Assembly: GCA_000092065.1 (NCBI GenBank)
Contig: CP000583.1
Source: Ostreococcus lucimarinus
Lineage: Eukaryota
Strand: one strand, 5' to 3'
Length of the DNA: 64,000 nt
Part shown: positions 31,766-41,315 of the stretch, one piece after another
How positions within the stretch are numbered: position 1 is the stretch's first letter
How the letters are laid out: every line of letters starts with the position of its first letter
The notes under the pieces: model-generated
Told to the model about the DNA's origin: nothing
Database searches by the model: none
Seen by the model: only the letters and a program-made list of their open reading frames with translations
Program-made: the position numbers and the translations under genes

Positions 31766-31981
31766 TCACGATTTCTTCTGCGCCGAGTTTGCGGCTTCGT
31801 CGACCTTAGGGACGTCGTAGCCGCCCATAAACCACTTCTTCAAGTCGAAGTCGTCCGGCGCTGGTTCTAGGTCGTAGTAACGCGCGGCGCCGTACGCAAC
31901 GGCCGCACTGGTGCACAAGAGTATGGTAAACTTGTCGTACGAGCGCATGAAGCGTTTAGCCGCCTCAGATTGCGGCGCCAT
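31766..31981 (-). CDS. Small hypothetical single-TM protein (71 aa)
   Basis: ATG start and high GC3. It has one central hydrophobic helix and a conserved-looking KKWFMGGYD motif. Confidence 0.3.
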   Translation of the reverse strand: MAPQSEAAKRFMRSYDKFTILLCTSAAVAYGAARYYDLEPAPDDFDLKKWFMGGYDVPKVDEAANSAQKKS

Positions 31982-32044
31982 GACGATGCGTGTTCGAGAA
32001 TGAAGTCTAGGTGCCTGGCAGCGGTTGGTTCTACATGAATTTTA

Positions 32045-35000
32045 CTAGGTCACGTCTACATCAGAGTCTCTACGAGCTTTTTTCCATGCCGGAGACGGAT
32101 CGACGGCGTTCAATAATTCTGAATGCGCCGGTTGCTGTGACGAACGACGCTGCGACATTCGCGGAAGTTCGTTGACGTAAACGTCCAAATCTTCTTCGAT
32201 TTCATCTTCTTCACGGTTGTCGTCTTCGACATAAGGATTCGGAATACCTTTTTCCATGCACTCCACCGCTTGTTTGATGACGGCGAGAACTTCAGCGTTA
32301 TTCTTTTTGATCGCAGTTCTCTCGTTCGCTTTATCGACGCCGCTTTCGATGAACTTTTTCATATCATCAGCAGTGCGCGGTCTTACTTTTTGGAGTAACT
32401 GCAAGAGATTCGGAGGGAATGCGACATCGAGGCTGACTGGTTTGCCCGTCTTCAGCTCTCGCGCATGAGCCATGCGCTTACGCCAAGAGGTCAAAGCTGC
32501 GAACACAGCATTGCGCATGTCTTGCTCCTTCTGGTTGTCCTCGAGCGCATTCGGATTGAGCATGTCAGCCAGGAAGCCATCGACATCGGATTGCGTACCG
32601 GGTTGCGTACTAGGTTGCGTGCCAATAATGACAGTTGTAGTGACCGGAACTTTCTTTCCAGCAGATGCTCGCCTCTTGGTAAACGCCATAGAAAATCTTT
32701 CTCTACCCTGTTGAATCGGTTCGCAGCGGTGTCGTTCGTAGTGAATGGTTGTCACAGTCGTCGCAAATGGTCCAGCTCCTTCACTACGAACGGTTTTCTC
32801 GCTCAAAAAGCCACGCAAAACCATCGCGCGCGCGATTCTTTCCGATTCGGACTTGTCCAAACCTTTGCCTGACCCATAACCAGGTAAGCGGTTGTATTGC
32901 TTCTGAGTCACCGTCTTTGCGCTTGAACCTCTGAATACGTCTACGAGGAGTCCGATACCAATACCCTCTGGAGTAGATTTCACGATGCTGATAATTCCTC
33001 TAGCGTACTCGGTGATGTCTGTTTGCTCGAATTTGACCCCATTGGCTATAGCGTGACACGAGTCACACATGCCTCGACAATGCGAGCGCTCGAACCGTTC
33101 ATCGAAGTGAGCCATCAATTGTGTCCGCCGACAATCCGCCAAATTTTCACAATAAGAGACCATAGTGTTGAGGGACTCTAGATTGTTTTGAAGGACCGCC
33201 GGTTGGGCACGCTCTCTGCGAGCACTATCGATCAACATACTCCTCGCTTTCGACGCGTCGCCCCAAGAGTAAAAGAGAATACACAAACCATGATCACCGT
33301 CGCGTCCAGCACGACCGCTCTCTTGATGATATGCCTCCAGAGATTTAGGCATGCTATGATGAAACACGAATCTAACGTTTGGTTTGTTGATACCCATCCC
33401 AAACGCCACCGTAGCGCAAATAATGTTCACTTCATCTCTTTGCCACATTTCCTGATGCTTCTTCCGCACGTTGTCTGCCAAGCCTGCGTGATAAGGCACG
33501 GCCCGTAGTCGTTTAGGGAATCTCTCGCGGTCTCCCACTGATCGATCAATCTTGTTTAATTCCGTTGCAATTTTTTCGCAGTCGGCTTGACTGAAGCAAT
33601 AAATGATACCGCATTGCACACGATTGTTTCTCATCAGTTTGCGACTCACGATAAGATTTTTTATCTCGTTGACCATTTGCTTACCTTTAAGTTTCGGATG
33701 AACTTCGTACGTCAAATTGGTTCGATTGAATGTATCGAAAAATCGCAAGCACTTTGGTAAGTTTAACTGGCGAACTATGTCATCTTGAACTCTTCGAGTT
33801 GCCGTCGCCGTCAGGCACATGATTGGCGTCGTCGGGAATAAATGTTTCAAACCTCTCAGTTCGGTGTAATCCTTTCTAAAGTCATGTCCCCAAGCACTGA
33901 TACAGTGCGCTTCGTCCAACACAAAGCGATTCAGCATACCTCTCTCATATAATCTCTGCAGAGCAGTCTTTAATTTGCCACTTCGCACTACTTTTTCTGG
34001 AGTGACATATAAGAGTCGAAGCTCGGGCGTAGGTGAGCGAAGATCGTCGTATATCGTATTATCACTGTCCTTTGCAGCAGAAAGCACTGTTGCTGGAATA
34101 CCCATTTCACTCAAGTGGTGCAGCTGATCCTGTATCAATGAAATAAGCGGTGAGATGACCACCGTGATACCGGGCTTGACGACAGCCGGGAGCTGGTAGC
34201 ACAACGATTTGCCTCCGCCAGTGGGCATCAACACGAGGCAGTCTCTCGCGGCCATGGTGGCATTCACCGCGAGCAGTTGTAAACTTCGAAACGACTTCGC
34301 GTTAAACGTGTTGCGAAGAGTCTGTTCGCAGAGTTTGCTCCACTGGAAGTTGGTGTGACCCCAGTCTTTGGCGTCTCCGCCTTTCATCTGACAGTCATTC
34401 ACCACAACATTCGACCCGACATTTACGGCACCAATCCCGTTCATGGGAATCACGACGTCATCACCGATCGGTAAATCGTCGTTCCATCCTGGGAAATCGT
34501 TGGGATCGTCACCCGCGGGAGGTGCCGTCCACGCGCTCGTCGACGGCGCTCCGTACTGGGGCGGCACTTGATGCCGCGGCGCCTCAATCATTCTCGACCC
34601 GTCTACCGGCATCGAATGACTCATCATCGGCGCTGAAGGATGAAAGCTATTTCGACTTCCATCTTCACACACTCGAATGATCGTTTCCGCTTCCATTCTT
34701 TGATAAACCAGAACCTTTCTGTCACTATTCTTCAACGCCACGTCGTCGTCTTCCAATTGGAAAACAATGTTTGCTAACACAGGTCGCAGTTGCTCGATGT
34801 GTGATGCGCGGTGCGAACAAGCATGTAAAGGCACCCCATGCTCGCATCTCCAATCCGCTCCTGAACCATTCAACGGCGGCGCCTGGCATGAGATAGACGG
34901 ACCCGATGGCGGCGCGCGAGACTGTTCCAAAACGCGCGCGCGTGGCGCGCTCATCGGTGCCGGCGTCATCGCTTGCCGCGCGGGAATCGGCGCCATCTGC

Positions 35001-35512
35001 AAGCTCACCGTTACGCTAGAATTCACCGCGTTCAACGAACCCGAGCGTTTGTGCATCATCACCTGTTCCACGTCAATATCCGCCATGATATCGTCGTCGT
35101 CGTCGTCAAACATCAACTCGTCCGCCGTCGAGTTTGCCACGGAAATCGGCGCCGATTTCTCCCCCACATTCCCCTTCCCCGTCTCAACGTTCGCTCGAGC
35201 TGGAACAAGTACACGTTCTCGAATCGTCTCGTTCCCGGATTTCCCATCTCGAACGCTCGATCGACGCGTTCCCGGATCTGGAAGGTTCAAACGCGCGTAC
35301 GGCGTTTTCAAAAAATCAATCACGCTCTGCAATCCTCGATCGTTCAGCGTCGCCGGCGCGAACGCCCCGTCGTCCACGCGCATCCACACTCGCGCATCGC
35401 TCGACGTCGTGTCGTTCAGAGGCGCGGCGAGCGGGTTTTGTCCATCGAGCGAGTACGCGAATCCCTCGCGCGTCGTCGACGCCTCGGCCGTTCGACCGGC
35501 GTCGACGCGCAT
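32045..35512 (-). CDS. RecQ-family DNA helicase (BLM/Sgs1-like) with RQC and HRDC regions
   Basis: Helicase motifs (LVLMPTGGGKSLCYQLPA, DEAHCISAWGHDFR, DEAD-box-like core), an RQC zinc region and a C-terminal HRDC-like stretch. ATG at 35512. Confidence 0.9.
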   Translation of the reverse strand: MRVDAGRTAEASTTREGFAYSLDGQNPLAAPLNDTTSSDARVWMRVDDGAFAPATLNDRGLQSVIDFLKTPYARLNLPDPGTRRSSVRDGKSGNETIRERVLVPARANVETGKGNVGEKSAPISVANSTADELMFDDDDDDIMADIDVEQVMMHKRSGSLNAVNSSVTVSLQMAPIPARQAMTPAPMSAPRARVLEQSRAPPSGPSISCQAPPLNGSGADWRCEHGVPLHACSHRASHIEQLRPVLANIVFQLEDDDVALKNSDRKVLVYQRMEAETIIRVCEDGSRNSFHPSAPMMSHSMPVDGSRMIEAPRHQVPPQYGAPSTSAWTAPPAGDDPNDFPGWNDDLPIGDDVVIPMNGIGAVNVGSNVVVNDCQMKGGDAKDWGHTNFQWSKLCEQTLRNTFNAKSFRSLQLLAVNATMAARDCLVLMPTGGGKSLCYQLPAVVKPGITVVISPLISLIQDQLHHLSEMGIPATVLSAAKDSDNTIYDDLRSPTPELRLLYVTPEKVVRSGKLKTALQRLYERGMLNRFVLDEAHCISAWGHDFRKDYTELRGLKHLFPTTPIMCLTATATRRVQDDIVRQLNLPKCLRFFDTFNRTNLTYEVHPKLKGKQMVNEIKNLIVSRKLMRNNRVQCGIIYCFSQADCEKIATELNKIDRSVGDRERFPKRLRAVPYHAGLADNVRKKHQEMWQRDEVNIICATVAFGMGINKPNVRFVFHHSMPKSLEAYHQESGRAGRDGDHGLCILFYSWGDASKARSMLIDSARRERAQPAVLQNNLESLNTMVSYCENLADCRRTQLMAHFDERFERSHCRGMCDSCHAIANGVKFEQTDITEYARGIISIVKSTPEGIGIGLLVDVFRGSSAKTVTQKQYNRLPGYGSGKGLDKSESERIARAMVLRGFLSEKTVRSEGAGPFATTVTTIHYERHRCEPIQQGRERFSMAFTKRRASAGKKVPVTTTVIIGTQPSTQPGTQSDVDGFLADMLNPNALEDNQKEQDMRNAVFAALTSWRKRMAHARELKTGKPVSLDVAFPPNLLQLLQKVRPRTADDMKKFIESGVDKANERTAIKKNNAEVLAVIKQAVECMEKGIPNPYVEDDNREEDEIEEDLDVYVNELPRMSQRRSSQQPAHSELLNAVDPSPAWKKARRDSDVDVT

Positions 35513-35780
35513 GGCGTTTCGTCCCGCGCTCGCGCGGCGACGCGCGACCGCGCGCGCGGACGATGGAAAGCTTTCGCGCTCACTCGCGCTTCATCGCCGA
35601 TCGATCGCGCGCGCGATCGGTGGTGCGACGCACTGTGACGTCTCGGCGCGGGGTGCCTCGATTGTTTTCGCGTCCGCTTTTGTGTGAACTACAAGTCTGC
35701 GAGAGTCTACGCCTCGCGCGATGTCGAGGAACGAGGATTGAAAAAAGTGGATCGTGAACCGCGGGACGGAGTCGTCGTCG

Positions 35781-36083
35781 TTAGCCTCGGTCGACGGACC
35801 CGACGACGAGATTTTCGGGGCGCTCTTTCTTCACTCTCGGGTGCGCGGACGCCACGAGGTCGCACTCGCCGCGCTGCGTGTGAATGTCGATGGTGCACCA
35901 GCCTTTACCGGCGACGCCGTACATCTTGAAGGCTGAACCGAGACCATTCGGGGGATTGGCCAACATCTTTTCGGTATTTTTCGCCTTCTCCTCGGGCGAC
36001 CACGATGTCGGATCGCCCTTGAGAATGCAGTTGTGAGCGCACGATCCAAAGACGTAGTCGATGTAACCGGGTTCTTTCGTCAA
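35781..36083 (-). CDS. Hypothetical small Cys-containing protein. The ORF has coding-like composition but no in-frame ATG
   Basis: High GC3 and a non-repetitive sequence (GYIDYVFGSCAHNC...GWCTIDIHTQRGEC). An upstream ATG at 36120 is in the +1 frame across a T8 homopolymer. The COPE stop is only 4 nt upstream. Confidence 0.25.
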   Translation of the reverse strand: MTKEPGYIDYVFGSCAHNCILKGDPTSWSPEEKAKNTEKMLANPPNGLGSAFKMYGVAGKGWCTIDIHTQRGECDLVASAHPRVKKERPENLVVGSVDRG

Positions 36084-36124
36084 ACAAAAAAAAGGGTGTC
36101 GCCTGGTCGTCCGAGTTCATTCAG

Positions 36125-37143
36125 TTACAATACGACGGCGGCGGCGGCGCGGTCAAAGTCTCGCTCCAAAGACGCGATTTTCGTCAAAGCTTCGTTCGCC
36201 ACTCCGGCCTGCTTCATGGCGTTCACGAACCTGGCCGAGGACTTGCCGAGGTGCAGCGCGCACGCGGCTAAATTCGCGAGCGTCTCGCCATCCTTCGGAT
36301 CGATGGCCACGGCTTCTAGTAAATCACGCTCGGCGTCTTCGTAACTATTCATCATCATCGAACACACCGCTGAACCATTATACAGCTTCGGCGTCCACTT
36401 GTACTTATCGCCGAGCTCTTGGTAAATGTACGAGGCGTCTTGAATCTTCTTCCCGCCGCTCGCGCAGTTCGCCCACGCGCACGCGAGCTGCGCGATGGTC
36501 GAATCGTCATCGATCTGTTGCATCATCTTCGCTTGCTTTTCCGCCAACTCCGCGCGATCCATCTTACACAGCAAGTTCACCATCATCGCGTTCAACTCCA
36601 GCGACGATCCTCCGTGACACAGCCTCATCGCCTCGACGTAATTCCCCTCTCGCGCGAGCAGCGTCGCCCCGACGAGTCGCGTCGTCGCGTCCCCAGACGC
36701 GTGTTCGTCCGCCAGCATCTCACCGATCGCCTCCATCGCGCTCTGTCTCGCCTTTTCGTCCTCGTTCGTCTCGTACAGCGCCAGCAATTTCACCGCTCGC
36801 AGCGCCGCCGGCGCGTCCTCCGCCGTCTCGCGCGCGACGATCTGTTCGTTCACCCATCGGGCGCCGTCTCGTCAGTCCTTCGTCGTCCCGGGCGCTCGCG
36901 CGCGCGATCGGCGCTCGATCGGCGCGTTCGTTTCTCCGTCCGGTCCCTTCGCGGCGTTTCGCGCGCGTCGCGTCGTCGTCGCACCTCGCCCTCGCCCATG
37001 GCGACGCGCGATCGCGCGACGAACGCGTCGCGCCTGACGGCGTCGACGCCGTCCGCGTCCGCGCACGCCCTCGCGGCGTCGACGCACTCGGCGTAGGCGC
37101 CGATGTGGAAGTAGTTCTCGCAGTGAAACAGCGCCTCGGACAT
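36125..37143 (-). CDS. COPE: Coatomer subunit epsilon. Two exons: 36985..37143 and 36125..36841, with intron 36842..36984
   Basis: Exon 1 (MSEALFHCENYFHIGAYAEC...VAMGEGE) matches the COPE N-terminus. Exon 2 (IVARETAED...ERDFDRAAAAVVL) matches the rest. The intron is GTGCGA...CTGAC...CAG. Confidence 0.8.
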
Positions 37144-37227
37144 GGCGCGGGCGCGCGCGCGGCGAAGTGCGCGGCGACCGAGGTGGCGAGGGCGTCGCAG
37201 CGCGACGCGCGCGCGAATCGCGTCGCG

Positions 37228-38175
37228 ATGCGCGCGCGCGCGCGCGACGCGAGCGACGCGAGCGACGAGGACGACGCGTCGACGTCGGACGCGCCGCGCG
37301 CGCGCGCGAGCGGACGCCGCGCGCTGGATTACGTGCGATTCGACGACGGGAACGCGCACGGAAGGGCGTTCGAGCGGTCGGCGCTGCGACGAACGATGGC
37401 GCGCGATCCGGCGTTCGATTCCATGGCGAGGCACCGGAAGGTGAAGAAGGAAATCACGGAGGCGCACGGGGCGCTCGCGCAGGTGCGGCGCGCGCTTCGG
37501 GCGGGGGGCGGGGGGGGGGAAGACGGCGGCGGCGACGGCGACGGCTTGGTTTTGGTCGAGCTGTGCTCGGGACGGGGATTCGTGTCGCTCGTGCTCGCGG
37601 ATGCGTTTCCGAAGGCGCGAATATACATGATAGATCGCGATACGACCATGGATGTGAGTCACGTCGAGACGTACGGGGGGGCGCGCATGTCGTTTCACGC
37701 GCTCGATTTACACTCGACGGCGTGCGAGGAGTTCGTCCGAGGCGTCGCGGACGACGCCGAGACGCGCGGACAGACCGTGGTTTTGGTCGGCGTGCATTTG
37801 TGTGGCACGTTATCGCATCGCGCGATCGAGCTATACGAGCGAATAGAACGCGCGGTGGCGATCGTGGTCGCCCCGTGCTGCTTGCCGCAGCGGCGACGGC
37901 ACGACGTGTTCGGTTTTCACTGCAAGGACATCGCTCGATCGATCGGTAACGGCGTCACCCCGTTCCAGTGTTGGTGCACGCAGCTTTATTTTCGATTACC
38001 GTTGACTTCGAAGCGAAACATGACCATCGATCACGACGTGCTTTCGACGCAGAACACGTTTCTCGTCGCGCGGCGTCCCCTCGATTCGGCGCTCGACGCG
38101 CTGTCCATCTCGACGCCTTTGTCGCCCTCCATCGTCCCCGGTCGTTCGTGCGCCAAATGGCGATTAGTAAAGTAA
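37228..38175 (+). CDS. SAM-dependent methyltransferase (Methyltransf_32 / TRM13-like fold)
   Basis: LVELCSGRGFVSLVL...IDRD...VLVGVHLCGTLS matches the SAM-binding and HxCG signatures. The track start at 37105 is GTG and overlaps COPE exon 1 on the other strand. First ATG at 37228. Confidence 0.45.
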   Translation: MRARARDASDASDEDDASTSDAPRARASGRRALDYVRFDDGNAHGRAFERSALRRTMARDPAFDSMARHRKVKKEITEAHGALAQVRRALRAGGGGGEDGGGDGDGLVLVELCSGRGFVSLVLADAFPKARIYMIDRDTTMDVSHVETYGGARMSFHALDLHSTACEEFVRGVADDAETRGQTVVLVGVHLCGTLSHRAIELYERIERAVAIVVAPCCLPQRRRHDVFGFHCKDIARSIGNGVTPFQCWCTQLYFRLPLTSKRNMTIDHDVLSTQNTFLVARRPLDSALDALSISTPLSPSIVPGRSCAKWRLVK

Positions 38176-38429
38176 ATCGTAGGCTTAGCAAACTTAGCTC
38201 ACGCGTTGAAATCGACGACGCGCATTGCGTTGAAAGTCGTTCGCGCCGATCGCCAGCCCCGAACCGCCGCGATGACTCAGCCTCGCGCCGCGGAGCGCGA
38301 GACCCCCGACGGGCGACTGCATATCGCGACGCGAGCGAGCGTCGAGCGTGGACAGAAGACGGACGTAACCGTCGCGCTCGCACTTCTTTCGCGTCGACGC
38401 GAGGAGCGAGTTCACGCGCTCGATCGAAA

Positions 38430-39858
38430 ATGTTCGCCGTAACGAACGGCGCCTCCGCGCGCGTCGCCCTCGGCGCTCGGACCAATCGCGCGGTCGAACG
38501 CCGCGTGAGAGCGGTCGCCGCGCCCGCGCGATGCGGCGCGATTGAAAACACAGCTTCGTTCACTTGTGCGCGCCGCCGTGAGGTGCGTGAAGCGCTCGAG
38601 CGATGGAAACGAAGGCGAAACGCGATCGCTGGACGTTGGGGATCGTTTGAAAACTCTGTCGACGAGGGAGGGGCGAGAGCGACGCGTGTCGGCGGTGGGG
38701 AGGACCGAGAGATGTACTGACGCGTAGAGATGATTTTTTGCAACGATACAGGAAGTCGTGCGATCGCGAAGATGCGTCGTGGAGGCGAGACCGGCGGCCC
38801 GCGGGAGCGTCGTGGCGAAGGCGTCGTTGTCCGACATGGACGTGAAGACGAAGACGGCGGTGTACTTTTTTCTTTGGTACTTCTTCAACATCGTGTTCAA
38901 CGTGTATAACAAGTCGACGTTGAACGTGTTTCCGTACCCGTGGCTGATCTCGACCTTGCAACTCGCGGCGACGAGTCTTTGGATGTTAACCGTGTGGGCG
39001 ACAAAGGTGCAACCGAAGCCAGTCGTGTCGAAAGTGTTCCTTTTGGCCGTCGCTCCGGTGGCTTTGTTCCACACCATCGGGCACGTTTCTGCTTGTGTGA
39101 GTTTCAGTAAGATGGCGGTATCTTTTACGCACGTCATCAAGGCTGCTGAGCCGGTTTTCTCCGTCATACTCTCTGGCCCGCTCCTCGGCCAAACGTTCGC
39201 CCCGGCGGTGTGGTACTCTTTGATCCCCATCGTCGCCGGTTGCTCGATGGCAGCCATGAAAGAGGTTAGTTTCAATATTGTTGGCTTTCAAGGCGCCATG
39301 ATCAGCAATCTCGCGATGGTTTTGCGTAACATCACGTCAAAGAAATCGTTGAACGATTTCAAGCACATCGACGGCATCAACTTGTACGGCATTCTGGGCA
39401 TCATCGGTCTCTTCTATCTCGCTCCCGCGGCGTATGTGATGGAAGGTGCTCAGTGGTCTGCTGGGTACGCCGCCGCCGTTGCCAAGGTTGGCGAGCAAAA
39501 GCTTTGGCAAATGCTCTTCTTGTCTGGCATCTTCTATCACTTGTACAACCAAGTGAGTTACCAAGCTCTCACGAACATCACCCCCGTGACTTTCAGTGTA
39601 GGCAATGCCCTCAAGCGCGTGGCCGTGATCGTTGCTTCTGTTATTTACTTCAGAAATCCGGTCTCACCTTTGAACGCGGCGGGTTCTGCATTGGCCCTGC
39701 TCGGTGCGTACTTGTACACAAAGGCTTCCGAGTCGAAGAAATCCGCAGCGGCCCCCACCGCCATGACGAAGGCAGATCGATCTTACTCTGCCTACAACGA
39801 GCAATTCATCCAGACGACTGGTTTAACTGGTTTGACGCTCGAAGAATTCGATGTGTAA
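38430..39858 (+). CDS. Plastidic phosphate translocator family (TPT/PPT/GPT-like). Two exons: 38430..38582 and 38752..39858
   Basis: The TPT core (FFLWYFFNIVFNVYNK...HVSACVSFSKMAVSFTHVIKAAEPVFSV...LSGIFYHLYNQVSY). The large ORF lacks an upstream ATG. A 51-codon Ser/Ala/Arg-rich exon joins through a 169-bp GTGCGT...CTGAC...CAG intron. This gives a ~90-aa transit-peptide-like extension. Confidence 0.75.
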
Positions 39859-39916
39859 TCCCTGACATCAATACGCCTACGCTCTTCTAATAACACAACA
39901 AGTCTAGCACCTAGTT

Positions 39917-41083
39917 CTAAATGTCTAAGCACGTGGCCGTATCATGAAACCTGAGGAGCTCCTCTTTTCGTGCAGTGTCAGGCAAGTACGTTGCGAGACC
40001 CAAGAGGATCTCCATTTCTCCATCACACAACTCATACGCCCGCGCGTAGAAAGATTTTATCGGGATATGACCCTCTTGAAAGTCCCTCGCCGCGGTACGA
40101 AGCTCCATGTAAGCCGTTTCGCCAATGCGGTGCATCGCCTCTAATGCCAGCTTTGCGCTCGTCTCCGGAGCTTTACCTCGCGTCGGCTGTGAATCACGCT
40201 TTGCACTCCCTCGCTGATTCGACTCTATTGTCGCTTGCTTTTCGAAGAACTGCCGTATGAGTTGAGAGACTTCACCGTTTCCGGTCACGAGTTCGTTATG
40301 AGGCTTCGTGATCTCGCACGACTTCTCAGACGTAGTTTCAGCATTTTCAGCATCATTTGTAGCCTCTCGTGTCGTTTCGGTGACTTTTCCACCGCCGTTG
40401 CGACTATTTATGCTTCGCCGACGCCCCCAGGCGATGATGGAAAATCGCGGGTCGTTGTTTGATTTTGCCTTTGGCACGCCGTGTTTGAACCTTTTATTCA
40501 CCTCAGACGTGAAGGCAAACACGTCACCGTTGTTCTGAGGAAACGTAAACGTATTTCCACTCGGTTCGTGCAAGAAAATCAATTCTCGCGATCCACCGAA
40601 CGAGGCTCCCATCGTGAAATCTTCGCGTTGCGCTCGACCGCCGTACGCGTGCGAGTCGTGATGAAACGGTTTCCAGTCCGTCCCGTCTCGATAAAAATTC
40701 ATTCTCGTCGCGTACACTTCGACGTCGAAATAATCCGCCATCGCATCGACGACTCTCTGAAACGTTTCCGAAAAATCTGGGTTCTCGTGTTTCAGATGCT
40801 TCGACCAGTTCACCATGCCGCCGAGCTCCGCCGCGCGCTCCATCTCCCGCGCCAAATTCGCCAGCACGGAATAGTCGCGCGCCGAGGCGTGAAAATTCTG
40901 CAAGTAAATCGCGTTCCCGCTCAGCACGGACTCGAAATCGGCGAGCAGCCGCCCGTCCACCATCGCCGCTTCGCTTCGCAGCGCGCCTCGCGCGAACCGA
41001 AGCGCGTCGTTCTTCGCCCTCGTCCCCTCCCCGTCCTCGCCCTCGCGCTTCTTCACGAACCTCGGCGCGGACGCGGACGCCAT
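39917..41083 (-). CDS. AlkB-like Fe(II)/2-oxoglutarate dioxygenase (2OG-FeII_Oxy_2)
   Basis: NFYRDGTDWKPFHHDSH (HxD) and a distal RFKHGVP His, with a jelly-roll-type spacing. First ATG at 41083. Confidence 0.5.
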   Translation of the reverse strand: MASASAPRFVKKREGEDGEGTRAKNDALRFARGALRSEAAMVDGRLLADFESVLSGNAIYLQNFHASARDYSVLANLAREMERAAELGGMVNWSKHLKHENPDFSETFQRVVDAMADYFDVEVYATRMNFYRDGTDWKPFHHDSHAYGGRAQREDFTMGASFGGSRELIFLHEPSGNTFTFPQNNGDVFAFTSEVNKRFKHGVPKAKSNNDPRFSIIAWGRRRSINSRNGGGKVTETTREATNDAENAETTSEKSCEITKPHNELVTGNGEVSQLIRQFFEKQATIESNQRGSAKRDSQPTRGKAPETSAKLALEAMHRIGETAYMELRTAARDFQEGHIPIKSFYARAYELCDGEMEILLGLATYLPDTARKEELLRFHDTATCLDI

Positions 41084-41200
41084 GTTCGCGCCTTCGACCG
41101 CGTCCCGCGCGCGCCGTCGCCGCGTCGCGCTGCGCGGCGTCGCGCCCCGTCGCCGCGCGCGTCCCCGCCCGCGCCGAGCGCGCGACATCGCGCCGCGTAC

Positions 41201-41308
41201 TTCATGTGAAAAAGGTCCATCAACAGCGTCACGTAGTTCATATGAAAAAGGTCCATCGACAGCGTCACGTAGTTCATATGAAAAAGGTCGATCAACCGCA
41301 ACACGCAG
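41201..41308. repeat. Three tandem copies of a 36-bp unit (TTCATATGAAAAAGGTCCATCGACAGCGTCACGTAG)
   Basis: The copies are near-perfect, AT-richer than their surroundings and contain an ACGT core (GTCACGTAG). They end 8 bp before the ATG of gene 41316. Confidence 0.85.
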
Positions 41309-41315
41309 TTAATAA

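Noticed and set aside
37968-38720. 250-aa plus-strand ORF upstream of TPT as an independent gene
   Set aside because: Only its segment 38430..38582 looks coding (a transit-peptide-like exon spliced to TPT). The remainder is Arg-rich low-complexity sequence in the methyltransferase/TPT spacer and inside the proposed intron.
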